A stretch of 64,000 bases of DNA, taken from assembly GCA_028534125.1 (NCBI GenBank), contig CM052818.1:36396001-36460000 (forward strand). The letters run 5' to 3'. Position numbers and translations under genes: made by a program. The stretch's first letter is position 1, and each line of letters opens with the position of its first letter. This document shows, one piece after another, positions 26,881 to 39,591 of the stretch. This DNA comes from Lama glama. Taxonomy: Eukaryota. A model generated the notes under the pieces. It was given only the letters and a program-made list of their open reading frames with translations, searched no databases and was not told where the DNA came from.

Positions 26881-27880
26881 GTATTATATATATGTATATA
26901 TATTATATTATTATATGTATTATATATATGTATATATACATATATACATATATGTATATATTATATGTATTCTATATATGTATATATAGAATATATATAT
27001 ACAATTTTATAGTTATATATTGTGTGTATATATGTGTATGTGTGTGTCTATACACTACATCTTTATATATTTGTCTGTTGATGGACACTTAGGCTACTTC
27101 CATATCTTGGCTATTGTAAATAACAGTGCTGTGAACATTGAAGTGTATATATCTTTTTGAATTAGTATTTTCATTTTTTACAGATAAATACCAGGAATAG
27201 AATTGCTGAATTGTATGGTAGTTCTATTTTTAATTTTTTGAAGAACCTCCATAATGTTTTGCATAGTGGCTGTACCACTTTACATTCCCACTAATCACTA
27301 GGGTTCCCAATTCTCCACATCCTTGCCAACATTTATTATTTATTCTCTTTTTGATAATAGCCATTTTGACAGGTGTAAGGTGATATCTCATTGTGGCTTT
27401 GATTTCCATTTCCTTGATGATTAGTGATGTTGAACATCTTTTTGTGTGCCTGTTGGCCATCTTTGTGTCTTCTTTGGAAAAATATCTATTCAGGTCTTCT
27501 GTCCACTTTTTAATTGTGTTGTTTATTTTTTATATTGAGCTGTGTGAGCTGTTTATATATTTTGGATATTAACCCCTTACCAGACACATCGTTGGCAAAT
27601 ACCTTCTCCTATTCAGTAGGTTGTCTTTTTTTTTGATGGTTTCCTTTGCTGTGCAAAAGCTTTTAACTTTAATTAGGTCTTGTTTGTTTATTTTTGCTTC
27701 TGTTTCCCTTTCCTGAGGAGACATGCAAAAAAAAAATTGCTAAGACTTATGTCAAAGAAAGTGTTGCCTATGGTTTTTTCTAGGAGTTTCTGGTTCTGGT
27801 CTCACATTTAGGTCTTTAATCTACTTTCAGTTCATTTTTGTATCTGTTGTGAAAATGTTCCAATTTCCTTATTTACTATT
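26410..27880 (-). mobile_element. Younger L1 3' end plus ORF2 C-terminus containing an expanded TA/TG low-complexity tract (~26820-27050)
   Basis: tttattgaagtatagttgatttacaatattatattagtttca start; ORF-track 27230..27460 [30 protein letters not shown]. Confidence 0.88.
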
Positions 27881-30339
27881 ACTTATTACTAAAAATAGGT
27901 AGCTATTTTTAGTCTGTTTTTGAAGATTTTTCTCTGGGCATAGAATTCAAGTTTTACACTTTTTTTTTTTTTCCCTTCAGTACTTTAAAGATGTTGGTCC
28001 CTATCTTCTTCGTATTGTTTCAGTAGAGTTCTTTTGTTACCTTTGTTTCTTTGTTTTGTAATGTATCTTTTTCCTATGAGTGCTTTTAGTTTTTTCTTCT
28101 TCATCAGTGGCTTTGTGCAATTTGTTTACGGATGTTCTTTGGTAGAATATTCTTATTCTTGAATTGAGCTGCTTAAATCTGTGAGCTTCTAGTTTTCATC
28201 ATAGCTGTAATGTTTTTGTCCATTATTTCTTAAAATATTTTTTCTGTCTCCCTTGTTCCTGTCTCTCTCTTTGTGGACCTCCAATTACACCTATGTTAAG
28301 TTGCTTATATTCCGCAGTTCACTGATGATTCATTAATTTTGCTTTAAACTACCTTTTCTATGTTTCGTATTAGGTAGTTTCTGTTGCTCTGTCTTCTAGC
28401 TCACTCATCTTTTCTTCCTCAATGTCTAGTCTGTTTTAATCCCCTTTGTTATATTTTTCTCCTTCATATTTTAAATTTTATCTCTAGAAGTTCTATTTGG
28501 GTCTATTTTTAACATATGTAATATGATTATAGTAATTAATGTCCTTATCTGGTAATTCTAATATTTTAGTCAGTTCTGGGTTGGTTTTTTAAATTCATTT
28601 TATTGTTTCCTTGTGGACTATTTTCCAACTTCTTTGTGTACCTGGCAACTTTTATTGCATGCCAGACATAAATTTTTGCCTTGTTGAGTGCTAGACATGA
28701 TATTATCAATAAATATTCTTGAGGTTTTTTAATTTTATTTTTTTAAGACAGTTAATTTACCTGAAAACAATTTGATTCTTTTGAGTTTTGCTTTTAAGAT
28801 TTGTTATGTGGATCTGGAGTAGTCTTCAGTGTAGGGCTAATTATTCCTCACTAATGAAGGAAAGTCCTTCTGTGTATTTGACGCAGTGACCTGTGAATCA
28901 TGAGGTTTACCAGTCTGGCTTATGGGAACTGGCAATATTCCTGGCTCTCTGTCAGTGTGAAATACTGTTTCTTCTAGTCCTTCTGGGTGTTTTTTTCATA
29001 AGCCTTGAGTAATTTCCTCACATACACTTATCAGTATTTATCTGAATTCCTGAAGGGTCCTGTGTATATTTCCTAAGTTCTCTTCGTGTGTAGTGGTCTC
29101 ACCTCTGGTTCCCTTTCTTAGGATCGTGGTCTCCCTGGAATCTCAGCTCTGTCTCTTCCACTTAATGAGTCAGCTGATCTCTACCAGAATTTTATCTTCA
29201 TTACATTGCAGCCCAGAAGTGGAAAGCTATTATTGGGATCATTGTTCCCATGCTTAATAGTATGTTGTTTTTCTCTCGCTGCTTTTGCTCTATATCTTTG
29301 GTTTTTAGCAATTTAGCCATGATACGCCTCAATATGGGTTTTGTGTTTGTTTTGATTGGTGTTATGTATCTGCAAATTTGTCTTTTTTGAGTCATCTTCT
29401 CTCTTCAGTTTGGATAATTTTTTATTGATCGTCAATCAATCTTCACTTTCCTTTTCATGTCTATTTTGCTATTATGTATGGCCAATACATTTCGTATTTC
29501 AGAAAGTTTATATTTCAGTTGTAAGACTTAACGTTTGATTCTTTTTCGTTATCTATTTTTTCCACTGTGATTTTCATGAATTTAAACATGTTTTGTTTTA
29601 CTTCACCAATGTTAGTTGATAATAGTTGCTTTAAAATCCTTTTGTATTAGTTTCAGTATCTGGTTCATCTCACTGTTAGGCCTGTTTGATATTTTTTTTC
29701 TCTTAAAAATATGTTCTGTTTTGGTTCTTGATTTGTTGGGCAGTTTTGTTTGGGTTAACTTAGTAATGTTAGTTTGTGGAGCCTCTGGATTCTATTATTA
29801 TTCTTTTATGAGTAATATTTCCTTTGTTTTAGCAGATAATTTTCTGGGTTCAATTTGAAATGCAGACAATTTCTAGACTGGCAGCATTGGTCTCCTTTGA
29901 AATCATTGTCTTTAGCTGGATCCTTTGATTGCTCTGTGCCTTTGTTAGGGATCGTTCAGAGATGTGGGAATATCTTCATTGGGTTGTGCCCTGGTAGGAT
30001 CACCACATTCTTCAGTGTTACTGGTTTTCCACTTTCTCTTTTCTGAACTCTCAGACTGGAAAGTTAAGGGGTTTCCTCATATAATCTTCCTCTCCTACCT
30101 CACTGTACTCAGACCCATGCTAAAGGCCAGAGAGAGGGCAATTTGATTTCTATGTCTCCCTTCCTCCAAATGATCATGAACTGCCACCAGAATATATCTG
30201 TTTCTATTTACTCACTGGTTCCTTCAGGTATATGCTTATGTATTATTATGTACATATTTTGTAGTTTTTTTCTGAAGGGAAGCAAGGGGTTGTTCGGCAG
30301 GGTTTTTATCCATCATACTTGAAAGTGAAACCTTTGAGT

Positions 30340-32340
30340 ACCAAGTATTTGGTTTAAATTCTAGAGTAATCACTAATACAATAGAAACATTGTATAATTA
30401 CTAAACTATTAGTAGGGGAAAATAGAATAATTTTTAAAGATCATTCTAAAAGCAATCAAGAAGGGAAGGGAGAATCATAGAAGCAGTGGGAGAAATAACA
30501 CAAAATATAATTGTAGAGTTAAAACTCAGATATGTCAGTAATTACATGAAGTGTAAATGGCTTAAATGCTCTTTTTGAAAGACAAAGACTGTCAGACTGG
30601 GGAAAAACAAAATATGCTGATGTTTTGTTCAGAAGAGACACATCTCCATATAAGAATACAGAAAGATTCCAAGTGGTGGAGGAAAGGCATGGAAAAGCTT
30701 AGTCACAAATACTCTTAGCAGTGTTATTCATAATAGCAAAAACATAGAAATAACTCAAATGTCCATAAGCTGATGAATGATTAAATAAAATGTGATATAG
30801 TCATATGGTGGAATATTACTCAGTCTCAAAAAGGAATGAAATTCTGACCCATATTGTCAGTTTATCTTATACATGTAACATCGGTGAACCCCAAATACTT
30901 TATGCTAAGTGAAACAAAGCCAGACACAAAAAGTCACATATTGTACTATTTTATTTATATAAAGTGTCTGAAATGGTCGAATTCATAAAATAGTATAAAA
31001 TTACATCATCAGGTAAATACTTACAGAAAGTTACTGTTGCTGAGGAGGATCACCTTATAATGATAACAGCTTCAATTTGTTGAGAGATGTAGCAATTTAA
31101 AGTTTAAAATTCCCTAATGACTACATTTCACACTATATAAAACAAAAATTAACAGAACTGCCAAGTAAAAGTCATATTGATAATCATTGTGAGAGATATC
31201 ATGTACCTCTCAGTAATTAATAGACCAAATGAGTAAAAAATAAATTAATCCTCTAGATTATTTGAACAACCATATTTTATGAATCTGATCTTGTGGGCAT
31301 ACTCACCTAAGGCAAACATAGCATGAATACTATTTTCAAGCATACACAACATTTACAAAAATTGATTGAGTGTGCCTTAAATCACAACTAATTTCCAAAA
31401 TTTAGTAATAGACAAAATGTAAGAAACAAATAACAAAAAGATAAGTAGAGGACTTTATGTTTGTTATTAAGAACTATTGCTCTAATTCTAAGTAACCTAT
31501 GGTGCTAATAAAACAAAAACCTATAGCTAACAATATGTGAACTGCAAATAAAGATACACAAAAATCAAGAAATTCAAAAGTTGCTTCTTTGAAAAAAATA
31601 ATAAAATTGACCAACCTCTGGTACAATTGATCATGATAAAAAAGACACTGGTAAGCAATGTTAGGAATGCAAAATGTGATGTTTCAGATTCTGTGAACAT
31701 TAAAGATTAAGAGGATAAAGGTGTAAGCTTAAGAGGTAAAAGTATAAAACTTCTAGGTAGAAAACCTATGGGAAAAATCTTCACGACTTGTATGTGAATG
31801 TTCATAACTTTTTTGGTAATAGCCCAAAAGTGGAAACAATCTGAAATGGCCCCCAACATGTGAATCAAGAAATTGTGATATATCCATAAAATGGAATACT
31901 GCTTAATAATCAAAAAGAATAAACTATTATCAAACCAACTATGTGGTGAATTTTAAAATAATTATGCCAAGGGAAAGAATCCAGGAAAAAAAAAAACTTA
32001 CGCTATATAAAATTTTAGATAATGCAGGCTAATTTATAGTGACAGAGCTCAGATCAGCAGTTGCCAGGAGATTGGGTAGAAGTCAGAAGGAACAGTGAGG
32101 GTGGATTAGAGAGGGCATGAGGAAGAGTATAATGGGTATGTTACTTATTTTCATTGTGATGATAATTTCATAGGTAAATACATATTTCAGAACTTATCAA
32201 ATTGTATACTTTATGTTCAGTGTATTGTATGTTCTTCAAAAGACTTTAAAAAACCTGTTTAGAACAATATGAGAAAGTTTATTGGAACCAAATTTTACTT
32301 ATGAACACAAATATAAAAATCCATTTTATTAGCATTTAAA
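30340..32340 (+). mobile_element. Old sense-strand L1 fragments (ORF2 N-terminus with inserted 3' end pieces)
   Basis: gtaattacatgaagtgtaaatggcttaaatgctc...agacaaagactgtcagactgg is like ORF2 start ITLNVNGLN..KRQRLSDW; 3'UTR motifs at 30710-30990 and 31790-32240. Confidence 0.7.
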
Positions 32341-32433
32341 AGTGATAAAAGCTAGTATAAGCAGCAGATTTTTACAAATTTTTCTTTGTTTCCTTTGAAA
32401 AATTTTTAATTTTTTCTGAAAATTTTGTTACAG

Positions 32434-32593
32434 CTCTATAGTGTCAACCCTCCTTGCTCTTATGGATGGATTAGACAATAGGGGTGAAATTGTTGTTATT
32501 GGTGCTACAAATAGACTTGATTCTATAGATCCCGCTCTCAGGAGACCTGGTCGTTTTGATAGAGAATTTCTTTTCAACCTCCCTGATCAAAAG
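32434..32593 (+). CDS. ATAD2B: ATAD2B coding exon (160 nt): [53 protein letters not shown], sensor 1 and Arg fingers
   Basis: gttacag| acceptor, AAG|gtaagg donor; second region of homology; ORF-track 32441..32740. Confidence 0.98.
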
Positions 32594-32649
32594 GTAAGGG
32601 TTTCTGTTTTTGATATATTAAAATGTATTTGTGATTCCATTATGAAATA

Positions 32650-32695
32650 TGTGTTGTGTGTGTGTGTGTATATATATGTATATATATTCATACAT

Positions 32696-32734
<39 letters not shown>
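32650..32734. repeat. Compound microsatellite (TG)n-(TA)n-(CA)n-(TA)n
   Basis: read directly from the sequence. Confidence 0.95.
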
Positions 32735-33443
32735 CTTTGAAAGTGGAATTTTATGAATTTTCATTTAAAAAATTTTGTGCTTATCAGGAGTCTTAGTTAA
32801 ACTTTAGGAAACTTGTTAACTATTGAAAAGTCTTTTTCTTAACAATGATCAGAAAGTTTATGACTTTTAGGAAGTAAGAGTAAAATCCTTGATTGTGTTA
32901 GTATAGATGCTTACTTACTCTTTTCTTTAGTTCTCCAGATTGTAGTAATTATCTTGTGAGGAAGTTTATATGTCCCTCGTTAGCCAAACTAGTTTTATTC
33001 CCATAAAAATAACATTTTTAGAATATTGGTGGCTTTATGAACAAGAGTGCAATATGCAAATTTTCAAAGAAATGACTAACATCATAATTAAAAGCAGCTA
33101 AAATGAAATGCTATTCATTATAGTGTAATTTTTAAAAGAATGTATAATTAAAACAGGGCAATGCATAGTCATTGACTATGTAAAATGGTATTTAATATAC
33201 AAAGTTGTTTTTTCCTATTTTTCTTGAAATTATTTTGTTAGTCTTGATTTGACCAGTTTATTCGTTGACTGTCATCTTAACTGGGAATTAAAGTTTGAGA
33301 GGGACAGACGTATGTAGAGAAGATAATATATTTGACAGTGCTTTCCATGTGATTTAACACACCAAACCTAACTAGAACATTTATAATATATACCTATACA
33401 AATATAACCTAAAGAGAGCAGAGAGGATACTATATATGAATAT

Positions 33444-33446
<3 letters not shown>

Positions 33447-33480
<34 letters not shown>
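33447..33480. repeat. (AC)17 microsatellite
   Basis: read directly from the sequence. Confidence 0.97.
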
Positions 33481-33484
<4 letters not shown>

Positions 33485-34475
33485 TGTTATATGGCTTTGA
33501 TTTTGGATCTCTATGAAATGTGTGGTTTACGTGCATAGATGTGAGAGGCTTAGTGATCAGTACAGTAAAGAAGACCATAGGGAAATGAATGCAGTGGCTC
33601 TGCTGTACAGAGCAGTCTGTGTAGAGCAGTTAATACCTCAGTCTGACAGTCTGTACAGCCACTGTATTTGTCTCAGCTTTGGATTGACAATGCAACCTAC
33701 AGGCATTTATTTAGCTTTGTCAGGTTAGGAAACATAGTATATACAGCATCATCTTTTTACCCAAGTGAGCTTCTAGGACTGTACAATGTAGAAAATGCAG
33801 TATAAAAAGTCAAAGTAAGGTTTTATAAACCTTTGGTTTATTCAGTGAGTTCAATTAATATGGAGATTACCTTGTTATATATTAAATGTGAAAGCATCAA
33901 CTAACAAGATGACAATAAACATTATGTTTCTTAATTGAAAACTTTTTCAACTTAAAACTTTTTTTTCAAGTTTTAAAATTACCTGTCCTTTAGCTCATTG
34001 TCAGTCATGATACTTTAATGCATATTAGAACCAAAAGATCTGTGAAATCTAAATATAAAGTTTGTTTAAAAGTTAAGATTATCATAACATGTTAAAGCTT
34101 TTGTTTATATCTTTTCACATGTTAAAAATGATGTGGCGGAAAGTCAAATTTAGTTTTTAATTCTGTTCCTAGATCAGTCACATAGTCATATGTGCCACTA
34201 GTGAAGTTCCTTGACCTCTTAGAATATTAAATGTCTTAGTTTGTGAAACAGAGACAAGCTCTCTACTACATAACTCATGGAGTTATTACGGGAGTCAGAG
34301 TTGATGCAGGTGCCAAGGTGTTAAAAGTTTCTTTTAAAAATAAACAGTTGCTTTTCTGGGATATGTTTATTTCATTAATTTGTTCCAGCTAATACTTTTG
34401 AGGGGTTGATGATATTTTGTTTACTTGTACTTTTTTCTTAGGCAAGATTTTATTTATCTGTGCTTTCCTTCTTAG

Positions 34476-34566
34476 GCAAGAAAACACATTTTACAGATCC
34501 ATACCAGGGACTGGAATCCAAAATTGTCAGATGCTTTTTTAGGTGAATTGGCTGAAAAATGTGTTG
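34476..34566 (+). CDS. ATAD2B: ATAD2B coding exon (91 nt): ARKHILQIHTRDWNPKLSDAFLGELAEKCV(G), AAA lid
   Basis: ttccttcttag| acceptor, G|gtgagt donor; phase 0-1. Confidence 0.96.
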
Positions 34567-35509
34567 GTGAGTGCTACTATTTGAATTTCTTGATTGTTAT
34601 TGTTTGTTCTGCTCAGCCTCCCTTTCCCCTTATCTTTGGAATGTGAAAGAGTATAGTTACATTTTTGTGCAATAGATGGCTTTGCCTTCAAATGTAAAAA
34701 TTATTTTAAACATTTCACTCGAACACTTGTAAATTAGAATTTTAGCTGCCATTAAGTGTTTTGATTCACAAAGCTCAGTATTAATACACCTTTCATTGAT
34801 TGCTGGATTTCCATGTTATTACTGCAATGTCTTCTTTTAGGAATTGTCCCCTTTCAGAAATTTTATTAAGAAAAGTAAGCTTAAGCTTAAGAGATAAAGG
34901 TCAGGGCAGGTCTGTAGTCTTTTACTTTGCAGATTACATGATGGACTCATCCTCATGCCTGTGGCCTAAAAAAGAAGTTGAGTGAGAGGAATCGTCAAAG
35001 AAAATACTTTAATGGTACCTGTTAATATTTCCCAAAATCTAAAACTTTCCAACTTAATGTTATATTAATCACAGTAGATTTCCCATGGAGTGAATGAACA
35101 TTACTGTCCTAAAAGGATATGGTCAGAGGGTTATATCTACATACATGGTTATTCATAGGAGATGGAATTCAGAGGTTTTAGAATTCAAGATTTTGGCTCT
35201 GTTAGGACTAAAATTAAAATGAATATGGTATTAAGCAACTGAATGTACACACAGGTATTTTTCCTCCATTCTTTTTCTGTCTTTTGTCTATTTTACTCTC
35301 ATTCTCTCAAAAAATATGAGTTAAAAATAAAAAATCTCTCTCCATGAACTTTTTAAACAATATGACGAAATCCCTCAAATAAGTCCATTAACAGTGAACA
35401 GTCTACTTGGGAAAACTTTAAAGTTACCAAAACCAAAAAGAATGACTTAGTTAAAAAAATCACTGTGGTCCACCATCAAATAATTAAAACTTAAATAGAA
35501 CATTAGTCC

Positions 35510-35870
35510 ATTCAGTTAGCTACATCCGAATTATCCTCTTCATCCACAGGGACCTCCATCTCCGAAGCAGCATCCCTCAGCTTTTGAACCACAAAGACCT
35601 CGACATCTTCTGGTGAGGAGAAAACGTAAATCTCTCCAGCACTACTCCAGTTTAAGCTTTGCCTGGTATAAGAAAGCATGCGCCAAAACCATTTCATGTA
35701 AATTTGGCTTGACCTTTGCAAAGCCTTGTGCTGCTTTATGGGAGAGGGTGGTATTTGGTACACAATCCAGTCTTTTCCCTTTTTGAAATTTGTCCCCTTT
35801 TATTTCCTGCTACTTTTATCATATTATTGTATTAGGATATAGATCAGAATGGGAAATCTTTGTAGATTCT
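35510..35870 (-). mobile_element. Fossil L1/Tx1-clade ORF1p C-terminal fragment (frameshifted)
   Basis: frames join to GKRLDCVP...GFAKVKPNLHEMVLAHAFLYQAKLKLE/AGEIYVFSSPEDVEVFV, matching the recalled ORF1p LYPA(K/R)L...G....F.SPE CTD pattern. Confidence 0.6.
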
Positions 35871-36760
35871 TCTGTGAATTTGTCACAGAATGATCCTTAA
35901 CTGAAATAAGCAGAAGTCTTCAAATAATTTTGTACATTCCCTAAAAGTAATTTTTAAATTAATTTCTGTTACCCTATCATCTGAAATATTATACACTCTA
36001 ATTCTTCATCCTAAATATTAGACTCTTAGATTCCTTTTTCATTTTCAGAGGCCACTACTTCTCATTTTTCCAAGTGATTTATTTTAGCTTCAGTTTCTTA
36101 GGTTAAAAAATTTTTGAGACATACTTTCTTATAGGACTGAAAAACTTCTTTTGCCTTTTTTTGAGAGTGGCATTGGTGGTTTAGAATCTGCTTATATATA
36201 CTTCATTTTCTTCCTGGAGAGTGACAAAAATCCATTCTAATTAACTGACTTCTGTTTTTGATCGTGACATTGTTCCTTCCAAGAAACCAGTTCACATTAA
36301 AAAACAAAACAAAACATGTGCAGGTGTTCAAACAGGATGAAATAGCAATAAATTTTAAATTCTTTATAAACTTAGCACTTATTTATCCCCAAAATGGTTT
36401 AACATGTATGGGTTTGGTTGAGTGAAATTTATGCCTAACAAATGACTATGCAGTCTTGCTGGACAGCTGCAAAGTTAGCTTACCTCTTGTTAGAGGTTAT
36501 GGATTTGGTAACTTTTACCTTTAAATGAATTCCCAAGTACTTGGAGGTGTTTGCATGCATTATAGTTGTGATTTTTTGTAGTCTTCACATAATTTTGGTA
36601 TCCAGAACATCTGTACAAATAGTATGAGCTTAAGGTTAAAGAAGAGCTTAAACCTAATTATATTTGTCTATTCATTTTCACTGAGGGCCAAATTTATCAG
36701 TGAGATAAATACACTTTCATTATCAGTTGTTTGGTATTTTACTTAAAAAGTAACTTCATA

Positions 36761-36849
36761 GGGGTGAGTATAGCTCAGTGGCAGAGTACATACTTAGCAT
36801 ACACAAGGTCCTGGATTCCATCCCAAGTACCTCCATTAAAAAAAATATA
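36761..36849 (+). mobile_element. Short tRNA-derived SINE (vic-1-like head plus A tail) with 10-bp TSD
   Basis: tagctcagtgg A box; TSD taacttcata at 36751-60 and 36850-59. Confidence 0.9.
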
Positions 36850-37095
36850 TAACTTCATAAAATTTTGTTGCCTTTTTCTAGTTTGTAACCTCTTTGAATA
36901 GCTTGTATTTTTAGTCTTTCAAATTTCATCTTAATAGCAGTATTCAAGAATACTTTTTCTTTGATACTGAGATAAATGTATTCATCAGAGTATTAGAATT
37001 GTAATGGATAGAATTAGTATGGTTATGGAAGGGATATTGATATCTGTAGCAACTTTTAACTCTCAAAAGGCTGTAGTATATTTTCAGTGTTTCTA

Positions 37096-37206
37096 GAATG
37101 GTCATATCATCTATTTTCCTAAACCAAGACCCTTTTGAGAGTGAAAAAAATACATTGTTGATTATGACGAGGCAGGCGGCCTATACCTGGACATGTTGTC
37201 ACTCTT
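37096..37206. mobile_element. MER94-like hAT-Blackjack MITE remnant
   Basis: aaaccaagacccttttgagagtgaaa ... ggacatgttgtcactct resembles recalled MER94. Confidence 0.5.
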
Positions 37207-37317
37207 AACAACCTGTTTAGCCATGGTTATGATGAACCTTTAATTCTGTTTTAGAGTCTAGTAAAGAAATTATTATTTCTTTTATAAAGGTATTATTATA
37301 AAGGTATTAATTTAATA

Positions 37318-37480
37318 TTTCTCAGTTTTTTTGTATATCAGAATCAGTTGTAAAGCTCTCTCAAAATACACATTTATGATATTCATTCACCAGAGATTCT
37401 GATTCACCCAGTTTGTTGGGAATCTATTTTTGATTCATTTTCATTATTTTTCCAGATGAGTAATCAAGGTTGACAACTGC
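37318..37480. mobile_element. MER5-like hAT MITE remnant
   Basis: atcagaatca...ccagagattctgattca core. Confidence 0.55.
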
Positions 37481-38164
37481 AGATATAAACTAGTAATTCT
37501 CATTCACAAGCAAATGTAAAGAAAATAAATCCTATTGTTTATAAGTGATTGGTTATGATAATCTGTGTAAAAATTTACTTCTTTAAATGGACTCTATTAT
37601 TGTTGATAAACTTCTAAATTCTCTTTAATAAATTAAGAAAAATGCACAATACATTGCTGTTATGTATGTTAACATATTATGTCAAAAATAAATGTTATGG
37701 GCAACATTTACTACATAAAATACCTTTTAGTGGCTTTTTTCTGTTCTACATTAGTTTTGAATTTTTTTTCCTTTTTAACTTAGGCTTTTGCAGGTTTATT
37801 CATGGAGAAATAGAAAATAATGTGAGAGACTAATAGTAAACTTGGTTATTTTGAAGAATTATTTGGGAGATTGACTGCTGTCCTGAGACAGTGTTAATGC
37901 TTGATTTGCTTATAGTTTTTTGAATTAAATTCTAACAGCTCATATTAAGTTTCCCCCTACTTCTATATACATGTTTCTTTAAGAATACAGTACTTCATAA
38001 TTATCATTGAAATTTTTAATAACACTAAGTTGGCTTAATGGTAAAAGAATTTAGCTTTCTTAGAAACAAATGAAAAGCCCAGTATATTCATCCACTTCTT
38101 TTTGGTAGTGCATGGTAACCTAATGGTTTTACCTTCCCAAGCTGTCTTGGAGTTACTCTTCTCT

Positions 38165-38375
38165 TTTTCATTCATTCTTTCACTCAAGAAATATTTACTG
38201 AATGCCAGGCCAGGCCTTGTTCTTGGTTTTTGAGATATATTTAGTGAGCAAAACAGATAAATACCCCTATTCTGACAGAGCTCACATTCTGGTTGAGGGA
38301 GGCAGACAATAAACACACTAGGTAAATGAAAAGATGGTAAGTGCAGTGGAAAAAGGAGAGCAGGGTGAAGAGAAG
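38165..38375 (-). mobile_element. L2 3' end
   Basis: ttcattcattc..aaatatttactgaatgcc...gagctcacattctggttgagggaggcagacaataaac. Confidence 0.8.
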
Positions 38376-39591
38376 TTTTCTGTTACATGTAGAGCTTGGT
38401 TAACACGATCATTTGCCCTACTAATAATAGGGATGAAGTTCATTATAGATGTGTGATTTGGCATGATTTATATGGTTTTTTCCCTCAATGTTCTTTTTCT
38501 TCCAGTTAGTTTGGGGCACTTTCTTCTCTGCTCTTAGTCTTCCTGTCTAATCACCATTTTTATTTCAGTATATAGGTGTTCTACAAGGTCATTGTGAGGT
38601 ATAAAAAAAAAAATAAATAAACCTGATACCACTCTTTAAAGAGCTTAGTTACACAGTCTGTAACTTGTTCAGGTGGTTCCCCCTGCTGGCATAACTGATA
38701 AAGGTGGCCAGATGCAGGTTTAATTAGTGATATAAAAAAACATGATGAGTTTGAGTTTTTCTTCCTTTTTGTGGTAAAGACCTAACAGTTCAAATGTCTT
38801 TGTACATGTTTGTTGCTCAAATGAATGAAATGACTTAAGAGCACTGTGGACTTGATTTGTTAACTACATGATCAGTTAAATATGGGTAATGGTTGATACC
38901 CCATATCTCTTAAGCCTTTGGGCTAGATTATCAGTCATCTTAAGCTAAAAAAAAAATATATATATATATATATATAAAGGGAATTAATGTAGAGAGTTAG
39001 TGCATGCTCATTCCCTTTAATATCTTTGGAACTATCAGAGATGATCACAACTTGATAGTTTTGGAGTAATTAGTTATTAATTTGCTAATGGGTTGCACTC
39101 AGTTGGTAGTAGAAAAGCTCTGATTCTGAAGCTTCAGCTTATGTATACTACTTTGTACTGCTCAATTATATGTGTTTGGAAATTAGTAATATTAGAAAAA
39201 TTTATAGGGAACTATAATGTCATAAGGACTAAACTAGTGATTGGGAATATTGATGAAGGATTGATATGAAACTATTACTCTTTTAAAATCTTTCCTGAAG
39301 AAAGTTATACATTATAATCAGTGGTTTTAGCACAAAATACATGACTTGTTTTCTTTTAATATCATTAGTTCATGTGTTTGTTAATTAAAGCATTCAAAAC
39401 ATTTTTAGTCTTTATGAGTAAACAGTTTCATTAGGTTGTTTTAAATGGTCAGTTTTCATTTTGCTGATAGATTTGCATATAATGATTGATTTAATGTTAA
39501 TTGTTTTCTTAAAGATGTCCGTCTTTGTAAGACATAGTTGGTACTTGAAAAAATGAACTTACCATGTTGTCCTTTTCCTTTTGTGCATTAG

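Larger units (their letters stand above)
22290..30300 (-). mobile_element. Mosaic of nested antisense L1 fragments (3'UTR, ORF2 endonuclease region, ORF1-like region)
   Basis: several L1 3' end starts (about 23440, 25070, 25830, 26410); minus-strand ORF-track fragments 23928..24128 and 29201..29395 resemble L1 ORF2/ORF1; internal boundaries not resolved. Confidence 0.75.

Noticed and set aside
26817..27092. Y/I/C/V-rich ORFs (also 24283..24556 and 33381..33578)
   Set aside because: Translation artefacts of TA/TG/CA simple repeats
36761..36835. tRNA gene
   Set aside because: A/B-box-like head, but A tail, TSD and several diverged copies identify a SINE
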